Shown here piece after piece: positions 37,026 to 45,983 of a stretch of 64,000 bases of DNA. Position 1 is the stretch's first letter; each line of letters begins with the position of its first letter. Both the position numbers and the translations under genes were made by a program. The notes under the pieces are model-generated. The model had not been told where the DNA came from and did no database searches. It saw only the letters and a program-made list of their open reading frames with translations. This DNA comes from an uncultured Candidatus Saccharibacteria bacterium (GTDB lineage Bacteria; Patescibacteriota; Saccharimonadia; Saccharimonadales; Saccharimonadaceae): assembly GCA_963456275.1 (NCBI GenBank), contig CAUOLJ010000003.1:201-64200 (forward strand), in the 5' to 3' direction.

Positions 37026-37179
37026 TATGTCAACCATTAGCGTCTTTTGACAAAGAAGATTTTACTAGAACATAGATTAAACCAGCAAACTGTATATTCA
37101 CTCTCGTTTTTGCCTATACTGAAATAAAAACAATCAATGTCCACGTATCATTTCTTGTTGGTTATCTAGGCAGGCGACT

Positions 37180-37746
37180 CTACAATCCCATGCAAATATC
37201 CCGATAAGGCCGCGTGACAACTTCTGCCGAGCCAAGACCTAGTTTGGTTTCGATTTCACTAATCATCGCCAATGCGCTATTTTCATCGTCTGATAAAACC
37301 TCAACTTCCACGAAAGTCCCAGCGTCTTTGATTTCGTCTATAGCCACCGTTGCCTGCGGAAAATCAGAGGACCGAAATGATCGCCGGTATTTGTCAACCT
37401 CGACCAGCAGTACCATGCCGAGGTTGGCGAGTAGCTGTTTGGCGATTGCCGCGTCACCGGGCTGAATCGGTAGGTTTGTCTCGAGCTTAATGATTACATC
37501 GTTTTTCGTATGTGTTGCAGTCGTCGTCGCAGGCTTATATGTCACCTCAGCAAAACCATCGCGCTGGCGAATCCGCAAGCACTCAACCGTCTGCATGAAA
37601 TCGACATCGGGGCGAGAATAATATGTATCAATTTCGTGGCGGCTACTCTTTGGCTTAAAACCGAGGTCTTGCAATTGCTTGATTAATTCTTTTGCGTCAC
37701 CAGTTAATTGGCGTTTGCGTTCGATTTCTAGTAGTTTTTTGGTCAT
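37180..37746 (-). CDS. CYTH-domain protein (class IV adenylate cyclase-like)
   Basis: EIERK, DTYY, LRIR, FVEVE. Confidence 0.88.
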   Translation of the reverse strand: MTKKLLEIERKRQLTGDAKELIKQLQDLGFKPKSSRHEIDTYYSRPDVDFMQTVECLRIRQRDGFAEVTYKPATTTATHTKNDVIIKLETNLPIQPGDAAIAKQLLANLGMVLLVEVDKYRRSFRSSDFPQATVAIDEIKDAGTFVEVEVLSDDENSALAMISEIETKLGLGSAEVVTRPYRDICMGL

Positions 37747-38005
37747 TTGGTGGCCTTTCGGGTTCTTACCTAGCACTGTGTTTACCTAGATAATTAATTC
37801 ATTGGCGCGAATAGCAGCGGCGATTCGACGGGTAATAGTGTTCATAAATTAAGGATAGAGCAGTTTGCTGTATCATGCAATAACTATTTAGGAACGTCTC
37901 GTAAGGTTTATGCTATAATTAAGTTATAAAGGTTATCAATACTGCAATCCTTGCTGGATATCAACGGCCAGTAAAAAGCAAAGTTCGCTTATGAAAGGTG
38001 TAAAA

Positions 38006-38971
38006 ATGTCTGTAGCGCTCAGTAGCAAAAAGATAATACTAATCGTAATATGCGTGATACTTGCGCTGATAGCAGGATTTGCGGCTTGGGCATTTCTGTG
38101 GCCTAGCCGTAGTGCCGACTTGCAAAAAGCCGATATCCAGCGGCGCGATTATAACCAGTCGGTGGCAGATATCCAAAAAATCATTGCCGATGATACCGCC
38201 AATAATGAAGTGCGGCCAGATTGCCGGCCGATTCTGAAGACTCACGGCAAGAAAACTGCCCGAGCGGTGATGATTCTTCACGGCGTTAGCGCTGAACCTT
38301 CAGGAATGGTTGAGCTGGCAGACTGGTTTTACCAGGCGGGCTACAATGTGTACGTACCGCGAGTGCCGCACCACGGTATGAAAGACAATAAGCTCCATGG
38401 GCAAGTTCGCGCCAGCGAATTGGTGAAGTTCATGGGTGACAGCGCTGGGCTAGTCAGCGGCCTGGGCGACGAGCTAGGTGTGATCGGCCATTCTGGCGGC
38501 GGCACGCTGGCAACGTGGCTGGCGCAATATGGCGATGGACTATTCTCGCGGGTATTACTGCTCTCGCCGTACTATGAACCGGACGCTTCTAAAGCGCCAA
38601 AGTGGCAAATGGCGCTGCTGCGCAATATCTATGGCAACCATCTGCTGCCAGATCAATTCTTTGACGGCAATTTGTCATACCGGGCGCTGGCAAATTATGT
38701 CATTATCAAGCAGAATTATCGCAATGATTTGAAAGCTGAAGGCTTGAAACATCTCGGCTTGATAATTGGTAGCGAGGACGATTTGATTGATAAAACCATG
38801 GCACTGAATATCGCCGAGAGCACGGCTAAGGCTAGCGGCGCCGAATTTACTTACGAAACGACGCCAGCTTATATCGGCGCTGGCCACGAATTAATATCTA
38901 CAGAAGACAAAGTCGTCAAGAAATACAAGAAAGAATTGTACGGCATGTACCTGCGGGTATATGAGAAATAG
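38006..38971 (+). CDS. Membrane-anchored alpha/beta hydrolase
   Basis: ILHG, GHSGGG nucleophile, D and H of the triad. Confidence 0.85.
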   Translation: MSVALSSKKIILIVICVILALIAGFAAWAFLWPSRSADLQKADIQRRDYNQSVADIQKIIADDTANNEVRPDCRPILKTHGKKTARAVMILHGVSAEPSGMVELADWFYQAGYNVYVPRVPHHGMKDNKLHGQVRASELVKFMGDSAGLVSGLGDELGVIGHSGGGTLATWLAQYGDGLFSRVLLLSPYYEPDASKAPKWQMALLRNIYGNHLLPDQFFDGNLSYRALANYVIIKQNYRNDLKAEGLKHLGLIIGSEDDLIDKTMALNIAESTAKASGAEFTYETTPAYIGAGHELISTEDKVVKKYKKELYGMYLRVYEK

Positions 38972-39047
38972 TATTTAGTAGTTGCGTACTATCAGATGTT
39001 TTTCATTTTCGGCTTAGTTAGGTAGAGGTCTGTTATAATGGTCTATT

Positions 39048-39572
39048 GTGACTGCACGTAAAGTAAATATATCCACGAGACCGTTTAGGAGTGCCGTTTC
39101 TGGCGGCAAAACCGCCAAACCGCGACTGCATAAGGGGTGTCGCCGAAAAACACAGTCTAGCGGCCAAGCCATGCTTGCTCGTAATATTAAGCATCATCAT
39201 GCTGCGCCCGCTCGAAAAATGAGGATTAAAAAGCCATATTACGACGCCATCATGTCGGGTCGTAAAACCCTGGAGGTTCGCGTTGGCTATGGCAGTATCA
39301 AGCGCTTGCGGGCTGGCGAGCTATTACAACTAGAAACTAGTCATGAGTCTGGCGCGGTACAGATTAAGTCGATTCGTATCTACGATAATTTTGCTAAAAT
39401 GCTGGCAGCTGAGGACTGGCGGCAAATTGTACCGCAAGCCAAAGATAGAGCGGAAGCGCTTCAGCTTCTTCAGAAAATCTACCCGCCGCGCAAAGAAAAA
39501 CTCGGCGTGTATGCTATTGAAATTGCGAAAGCAGAGAAAGGCAAATCGGCTAAAGGCAAGAAAAGCAAATAA
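39048..39572 (+). CDS. ASCH/PUA-like domain protein (start uncertain)
   Basis: YYDAIMSGRKTLEVR; EKLGVYAIEI. Confidence 0.8.
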   Translation: MTARKVNISTRPFRSAVSGGKTAKPRLHKGCRRKTQSSGQAMLARNIKHHHAAPARKMRIKKPYYDAIMSGRKTLEVRVGYGSIKRLRAGELLQLETSHESGAVQIKSIRIYDNFAKMLAAEDWRQIVPQAKDRAEALQLLQKIYPPRKEKLGVYAIEIAKAEKGKSAKGKKSK

Positions 39573-39670
39573 TACTTTTTAGGCGTCTCGAGGGCGTATT
39601 TTTGCAATTAAGACAATTTTGTGGCATCATAAAAGATAAATGATTCAATATAAAAGGAAATTAGAATAAT

Positions 39671-40123
39671 ATGAGTGAACTTCCATACTTGTTAACAGCG
39701 GCTCCATCTGAATATCCTAGTGGCGCGCCATCAATGTCAGGAATTGATTCTATGCCGACACCACTGACTGCTAAGCTAGCTGGGGTGCCAGGGTTGGATA
39801 TAGCAGGAATAGTGAATCGTGGTTTGGAGAAAAATGAAGATGGTAATCCTTCGGTAGAAGCCGTACAAGGCATTGGCGAGACGGCAAGCCGTGCTATGTT
39901 CAGAAATTTAGCAGATGAGGTGAGCTCAAAAGACCCAAGCTCTATCATAGGAACTCAGAGTGAGAATGACCCGACGGCCACGAGGATGCTGGACGATCTA
40001 GAAAAACGCGTAGAAGCTGGAGAGGCTGGCGCGCTTGCTGCTCCTATTCCTCCAGAATCTCTAGAAATGATTAATAATTTAAATGGAAGGGTCGAAGAAA
40101 GAGGCGGTCAGGCTGGCGAATAG
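39671..40123 (+). CDS. Hypothetical protein
   Basis: ORF with upstream AAGGA. Confidence 0.6.
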   Translation: MSELPYLLTAAPSEYPSGAPSMSGIDSMPTPLTAKLAGVPGLDIAGIVNRGLEKNEDGNPSVEAVQGIGETASRAMFRNLADEVSSKDPSSIIGTQSENDPTATRMLDDLEKRVEAGEAGALAAPIPPESLEMINNLNGRVEERGGQAGE

Positions 40124-40281
40124 TCTCTGAATAATAGGATGAAAAAAGGTAAAGAGGCAGGGAAGTCCCATTTTACACTTTGATTATACTGCAGAGGTGG
40201 TAGACTAGTACGAATAGTTGTAAATATAATGTTTTTGTGTTATAATAGAAAGAGCAGTGATAAGAAGGAGCAATTGTAAAC

Positions 40282-40656
40282 ATGGCAAATCGTAACAGTG
40301 AATTTGGCGATATAATGCCCATAAGCGGTAACCTATCACACGAAGACAGAATGGCAGTGTTGAGGGCTTTTGGTGGTGGCGCTAAACTAATGAGTAGTCC
40401 AGATGGTGGCTTATATTTGCAGCTTACTGGTGAGCAGCATGGTGCTCCTTGGCAAGGAGAGTATATGCCTAGTTTTGTGGATCCAGAGGCTGGTGCGCGG
40501 AGTGATGAGGATGATAATTCTCAGGCGGCCTCTCCAGAAACACTCTCTGAAAAAGCTGCTGGCCGACGTGCGTTTTTGCGAAGCAGGCCAGGGTGTTTTG
40601 GCAGTTATTTGGCAGGTCTTGCGGACAAGTTTGATCCGTCCTCGTTTGAATTGTAG
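40282..40656 (+). CDS. Hypothetical protein
   Basis: TGTTATAAT promoter and AAGGAG SD. Confidence 0.6.
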   Translation: MANRNSEFGDIMPISGNLSHEDRMAVLRAFGGGAKLMSSPDGGLYLQLTGEQHGAPWQGEYMPSFVDPEAGARSDEDDNSQAASPETLSEKAAGRRAFLRSRPGCFGSYLAGLADKFDPSSFEL

Positions 40657-40796
40657 ACTAACGATTAGCATAGCAAATTCGTAGATTAAATGTGCTGGCT
40701 CTGCTCGCAATGATACTGATGTCGTCTAGACAGGCCAGAATAGCTGCTGAATTTTTCTACGAATGTAGTTGCTGAATTGCTGATTTGGTTTTTTTG

Positions 40797-41747
40797 CTAC
40801 TCAATCACTTCGCTCTGATTGCCATACTTAGCGATGATTTGCGTTGCTTGCGCCACGTCGTTTACGTTGTCTGGCGTAGCAATTGCGTGCCAGCCGTCAC
40901 TACCGAGCAAAATGCCCAAATCAAGCAGCATTCGGTCGATGTCGGGCGCTATCGAAGGTTCATCGGTATAAGATATACTATGCAAATAATCGACAAAGCG
41001 TTGATTCAGATCGGGCGAGCGTAAATCCCGGGCGACGGCCTGGACGCAGCGGATAATGTCAGCAAATTGGATTGGTCCCGATTGCACACTGAGATGCAGC
41101 GTATTAGTGACAGACATGTCTTCGGCGTGATATTTGATATGATTGTCGTCGGTGTAGGCGCCAAATTGGAGGCTAAGCTTTTGGCTGATTGATAAGTTCA
41201 AAAAGTGTACATATTCGTAAAATAGCGGCAATGTTTCGGGCCGTTGCTGGCGGAATTGCTGAGTTAGCTGAAAGGATATGTAAAGTTTGCGCGGAATTGC
41301 TGACGGCTGGTCAGTCGAGTAAATTATACCGCTGATTTGGCTAGTGCTGCTATTCAGCCGCTTGATATTATCGATGTTTTGCCATGGCCGAGAGTCAAGC
41401 TGTCTTAACTCGTGCATCATTCGGCCGCTGTCGGCAACGTATAGCTGGTTTGGCTCTTCGGCCAGCAAACGGTACAGAGCTAGCGAGACCGGCTCGTTGT
41501 CCATCTCGCCGAAATCAGTTGGCAAAGTTAATATCTTGTTGGCTAACCGCGTGGCATCGACCGAGTGCCAAATACTCTTAATAATGATAATGCCGCCAGG
41601 GTAAGTGTGTCCGTCTAGCATGTAGTCGATTAACTGGTACTGGCCTTGCTGGTACATGAATTCGGCCGCCGTCGCCAAAAACATATGCTCATATAAATGA
41701 GCTAACTGCGTGCATGGATGGTGCTTAACCATAGTGATGCGCTTCAT
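40797..41747 (-). CDS. Hypothetical protein with M16-peptidase-like HxxEH motif
   Basis: AHLYEHMF near the N-terminus. Confidence 0.6.
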   Translation of the reverse strand: MKRITMVKHHPCTQLAHLYEHMFLATAAEFMYQQGQYQLIDYMLDGHTYPGGIIIIKSIWHSVDATRLANKILTLPTDFGEMDNEPVSLALYRLLAEEPNQLYVADSGRMMHELRQLDSRPWQNIDNIKRLNSSTSQISGIIYSTDQPSAIPRKLYISFQLTQQFRQQRPETLPLFYEYVHFLNLSISQKLSLQFGAYTDDNHIKYHAEDMSVTNTLHLSVQSGPIQFADIIRCVQAVARDLRSPDLNQRFVDYLHSISYTDEPSIAPDIDRMLLDLGILLGSDGWHAIATPDNVNDVAQATQIIAKYGNQSEVIE

Positions 41748-41854
41748 TATATTAATTATAGCAGAGAGTTAGAGCTGATACTCTTTGATGCGGTAGCGAA
41801 CGGTTTTCACGAGCAATTTTAGCTCGCGTACGATAGTGTTATACTATATGTAAT

Positions 41855-44425
41855 ATGAAAGTCAGCCTAAACATTATCAAACAATTGATTAATTTTGAAT
41901 TACCGCCGGTGGATGAGTTGGTGGCGCGGGTCAATCAGCAACTTGGTGGCGTCGAAGCAGTGATTGAACTGAGCGCCAAATATGGTGGCGCGCGAATTGT
42001 CCGGGTGGTTGAATGCGCCAAGCATCCTGATGCTGATCGGCTGAGCGTAACCAAGATCGATGATGGCGGTGCGGTGGCGGATGTGCCGCGTGATGAGAAC
42101 GGGCTAGTGCAGGTGGTCTGCGGTGCGCCAAATGTACACGCTGATATGTGGGCGATTTGGCTGCCACCGAAAAGTATGGTGCCGGCAAGTTTTGATGACG
42201 ACGAGCCGTTTGTACTGGACGCGCGACCGCTGCGTGGCGTGCTCAGCCAAGGTATGTTGGCGGCGGCGGATGAGCTGGCGATTGGCACGGATCATGAGGG
42301 AATTATTGAGATTCATGAACATGACATGCCGGCGGGTGTTGAGCTCACGGTGGGTGCGGGTTTTGTGGAAATGTTTGGGCTGGATGATTACGTGCTGGAC
42401 ATTGAAAATAAGATGTTTACTCACCGGCCGGATTGCTTCGGGCAATTGGGCGTGGCGCGTGAGATTGCTGGGATTTTTAACGAGCAGTTTACTAGCCCCG
42501 AGTGGTATAAATCAGAGCAACAATTTACTGGTGCTGAGGGTTTGGAGCTAACGGTAACGAACGACGCGCCAGAATTAGTGCCGCGCTTCATGGCGGTCGC
42601 GATCAAAAATGTTGAAGTCAAATCTAGCCCGCTGTGGCTGCAGTGCCAGTTGGTGGCGATGGGCGGTAAGCCGATTAACAACATTGTTGATGCCACGAAT
42701 TACATTATGCTGATGACGGCGCAGCCAACGCACGCGTATGACTATGATAAATTACGTGGACATAAACTTGAGGCGCGGCTGGCTCGTGATGGCGAGAAAG
42801 TCAGTTTGCTCAATGGCAAAGAATATGAGTTGACGAGTGATGACATCGTCATAGCTGATGGCGAGGGTGTGATTGGCTTGGCGGGAATTATGGGCGGTAC
42901 CGACACCGAGGTTTCAAATGACACCAAAAATATTGTCCTAGAATGCGCTAACTTTGACATGTATGCACTACGCCGCACGGCCATGCGCCACGGTATTTTT
43001 ACCGACGCGCTGACGCGGTTTAATAAGGGTCAATCACCGCTCCAAAATGCTGCCGTGCTGAAGCAGCTGATGAGCATGGTCGATGGAGTGCAGGCGAGCG
43101 AAGTGTTTGACAATCGCAACGATCGCCTGATGGTCATACAGCACGATTCGCGAGTTACATTTGGCTCTGCCGGCAAGGAAACCATTTCGATTTTCGATTG
43201 GGGCGCAGTAACTGGCGTTTTAGTGTTGGAAAGTACCTTTGTGAATGAACGTTTGGGTACAGAATTTTCGCCGCAGGAAATCTGCCGTATCCTGAAGAAT
43301 GTTGAAATTAAGGCGCATGAGGAACCCGAGCCAAATACGCCTTATCAATTTGAAGTAATTGCGCCGTTCTGGCGTACCGACCTTGAGCTGCCGGAGGACA
43401 TTATCGAAGAAGTCGGTCGGCTGTATGGCTTTGATAAACTACCGCGCCAATTGCCAATGCGCAGTATCAAGCCGGCGCCGAGGAATCCGCGCCGCCAACT
43501 CAAGCAAGCGATTCGCCAGAGTTTGTCGCGCGCCGGCGCCAACGAAGTCTTGACTTATAGTTTCGTCCACGAGCGCGTCCTGAAAAACGCCGAGCAAGAC
43601 CCAAGCCGCGCTTATCGGCTAAGCAACGCTTTAAGCCCTGATTTGCAGTACTATCGCACCAGCGTGCTGCCGAGTTTGCTGGATAAGGTTCACGCCAACA
43701 TCAAGGCTGGACATGATGAGTTTATGCTATTTGAAATCGGCAAAATTCACGATAAAGAATTGCCGCTTACTGACGAGAATCTGCCGAGCGAGCAGACGTT
43801 TGTCGACGGTATTTATGCTAGCAAAAAGCCGCGAGCCGGCGCGCCATTCTATAAAGCGAGGAAATTGGTAGACAGGCTGTTGACAGATATTAACGTTAAG
43901 GCTGATTTTGTGAAAATAGCAGAGTCTGACGCGGATATTCCAGCGCCGTTTGACGGCCAGCGCAGTGCTTGGATTGTCGCAAAAAACGGTGACAATCTGG
44001 GCATTGTTGGCGAATTATCTCAGACGGTGCGGCGTAATTTCAAGCTGCCAGATTATACGGCAGCGTTCTCGCTTGACGTTGAAAAATTGCAAGTCTGTTT
44101 GGCTAGCAGCCGCGAGTATAATTACCGGCCGCTGAGCCGTTTCCCGTCAATCAGTCAAGATATCTCGCTGCGCTCAAGCGTGGAAATCTCGCATGATGAG
44201 TTGCTGCGAGCGGTTCGGCAATGCTTGGACGGGCCAAAAAATCCACATTGCCAGGTACAGACGCTTGGTATATATCAGCCAAAAGACGACGCGGCTATCA
44301 AGACTACCACTTTCCGGCTAACGTTTACCAGTTATCAGCAAACCCTGACTGATGCTGAGGTCAAACCGATTATGGATAATATTGCGACGGCAGCGCTTAC
44401 TAAACTTGACGCCGAGCGAGTGTAG
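41855..44425 (+). CDS. pheT: Phenylalanine--tRNA ligase beta subunit
   Basis: HPDADRL, VVCGAPN, RPDC, EEVGRLYG, FDX-ACB C-terminus. Confidence 0.96.
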   Translation: MKVSLNIIKQLINFELPPVDELVARVNQQLGGVEAVIELSAKYGGARIVRVVECAKHPDADRLSVTKIDDGGAVADVPRDENGLVQVVCGAPNVHADMWAIWLPPKSMVPASFDDDEPFVLDARPLRGVLSQGMLAAADELAIGTDHEGIIEIHEHDMPAGVELTVGAGFVEMFGLDDYVLDIENKMFTHRPDCFGQLGVAREIAGIFNEQFTSPEWYKSEQQFTGAEGLELTVTNDAPELVPRFMAVAIKNVEVKSSPLWLQCQLVAMGGKPINNIVDATNYIMLMTAQPTHAYDYDKLRGHKLEARLARDGEKVSLLNGKEYELTSDDIVIADGEGVIGLAGIMGGTDTEVSNDTKNIVLECANFDMYALRRTAMRHGIFTDALTRFNKGQSPLQNAAVLKQLMSMVDGVQASEVFDNRNDRLMVIQHDSRVTFGSAGKETISIFDWGAVTGVLVLESTFVNERLGTEFSPQEICRILKNVEIKAHEEPEPNTPYQFEVIAPFWRTDLELPEDIIEEVGRLYGFDKLPRQLPMRSIKPAPRNPRRQLKQAIRQSLSRAGANEVLTYSFVHERVLKNAEQDPSRAYRLSNALSPDLQYYRTSVLPSLLDKVHANIKAGHDEFMLFEIGKIHDKELPLTDENLPSEQTFVDGIYASKKPRAGAPFYKARKLVDRLLTDINVKADFVKIAESDADIPAPFDGQRSAWIVAKNGDNLGIVGELSQTVRRNFKLPDYTAAFSLDVEKLQVCLASSREYNYRPLSRFPSISQDISLRSSVEISHDELLRAVRQCLDGPKNPHCQVQTLGIYQPKDDAAIKTTTFRLTFTSYQQTLTDAEVKPIMDNIATAALTKLDAERV

Positions 44426-44426
44426 T

Positions 44427-45842
44427 TTATTTTAGTTGTTTTTGATTAGAACGCAGCGGGCGTTCTGGCAGGTTGTTGCGCAACGTTACTAGGCTGCGTC
44501 GTGTTGGGCGGCCGATAAGTACGCCGAACGAGGCGCCAGCAGCAATGGCTACCGCAATCAGTATAGCTCGCATCAATAACAGAGTACCGTCTACAGCGGC
44601 CGGATTAGCGATTAGTGCCATTAGTCCGTTATACAAGGTTAGTCCGGGAACCAGCGGCACGATACCAGCATCGATGATCGCTTGGCTAGGAATTCTGGTT
44701 AAGCGTGAAACAACAGTAGCTGTAAAGCCGACGGTAAATCCAGCGACAGCGTTAGCAGGGATAATTATCAAGCCTAATTCTGATACAGCTAACAGCACAT
44801 AATAACCCAATAGTCCGCTGGCGCCGGTGATTAATAATCCAACTGGCCGCGAATTATTACTTAATGCAAATGATGCCGAGATGATGACGGCGCCAATATA
44901 CTGATAGGTAGTGTTTGTAAAGGATAAGCTGTCGGGGGTTGCGACAAACGCTAAGCCAAACTGCCTGGCGGCGTACAGGCCCATACTTACACCCAGTACA
45001 ATACCAAGCGTCAACATCACCACTTTTAATAGCCGAGCGCTAGCTGTGACGTAATATTCATCAATTGCGTCCTGAAAGGCGCCAACAATCATCATGCCGG
45101 CTACTAGCAAGACGATATCGCCAACGGTTAATATCGTTGGATCAATCAAAGCAAAAAATTCCCAATATTTATGATTAACTAGCCACAATATACCAGTAGA
45201 TACTAACGTGACTGATAACGCGGCAATAATCTGAATGAAAAATGGCGGCAGCGCAGCGCGCCCTAGTAGCTTTATCAGAAGAGTAATCAAAAAACCTATG
45301 ATAAAGGCAGCCAAGATAATCGGTATAGACGTCGTGTAGAGCGCAACCGAGCCGGCACTCAGGCCGCCGCCAGCAATATAACTGATAATGCCAGGATAGC
45401 GCTTATTGTTGGCAATGATGGCATCGAGTTCATTTTCGGCATCATCTAGAGTGACTTTATGGTTGGCAATTTGGCTGGCTAGGTTTTGTAATTTGCGCAT
45501 TAGCCGGTAGTCGGTAGCGTGTGGCGAGATAGTGCGGATCAGTGTCAACGGTTCGCGATCGATGCCGCGGTCTTGCGAGAGTGTAATTTGATTAAAGCTG
45601 ACATCGATATGTACTTTTCGCTTGCAATATGTGTCGGTTACCCCGAGCGCCATATGCACGACGCTATTCGCTGGCGTGCCCATTGATAGCAAATGGTCTG
45701 ACATGTTCATAACCAGCCGCAAGGCTCGCATATTCGGCGTCAGTGTCTCATCGATTTTCTCGATATCAACTTGATCAGCATCGTCGGTTGCCGTCAAGAT
45801 GCTTGTTAGCGAGTGGCGCATGAAGCGAATAAGCGGATTCAT
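44427..45842 (-). CDS. ThrE-family threonine/serine exporter
   Basis: About 10 TM; PLVPGL.LY motif. Confidence 0.85.
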   Translation of the reverse strand: MNPLIRFMRHSLTSILTATDDADQVDIEKIDETLTPNMRALRLVMNMSDHLLSMGTPANSVVHMALGVTDTYCKRKVHIDVSFNQITLSQDRGIDREPLTLIRTISPHATDYRLMRKLQNLASQIANHKVTLDDAENELDAIIANNKRYPGIISYIAGGGLSAGSVALYTTSIPIILAAFIIGFLITLLIKLLGRAALPPFFIQIIAALSVTLVSTGILWLVNHKYWEFFALIDPTILTVGDIVLLVAGMMIVGAFQDAIDEYYVTASARLLKVVMLTLGIVLGVSMGLYAARQFGLAFVATPDSLSFTNTTYQYIGAVIISASFALSNNSRPVGLLITGASGLLGYYVLLAVSELGLIIIPANAVAGFTVGFTATVVSRLTRIPSQAIIDAGIVPLVPGLTLYNGLMALIANPAAVDGTLLLMRAILIAVAIAAGASFGVLIGRPTRRSLVTLRNNLPERPLRSNQKQLK

Positions 45843-45983
45843 ATCTTGATTATGGCAAAAAACCTATTAGTATTCTAGAGGCATATGATGTCATTTTCAC
45901 AACTCCTTCAGCGGGTAGTGGTCGCGGTTGCTGGTGCGCCGAATGCTATCGAAATTAATCCGCTTTTGCTATACTGATTTAAT

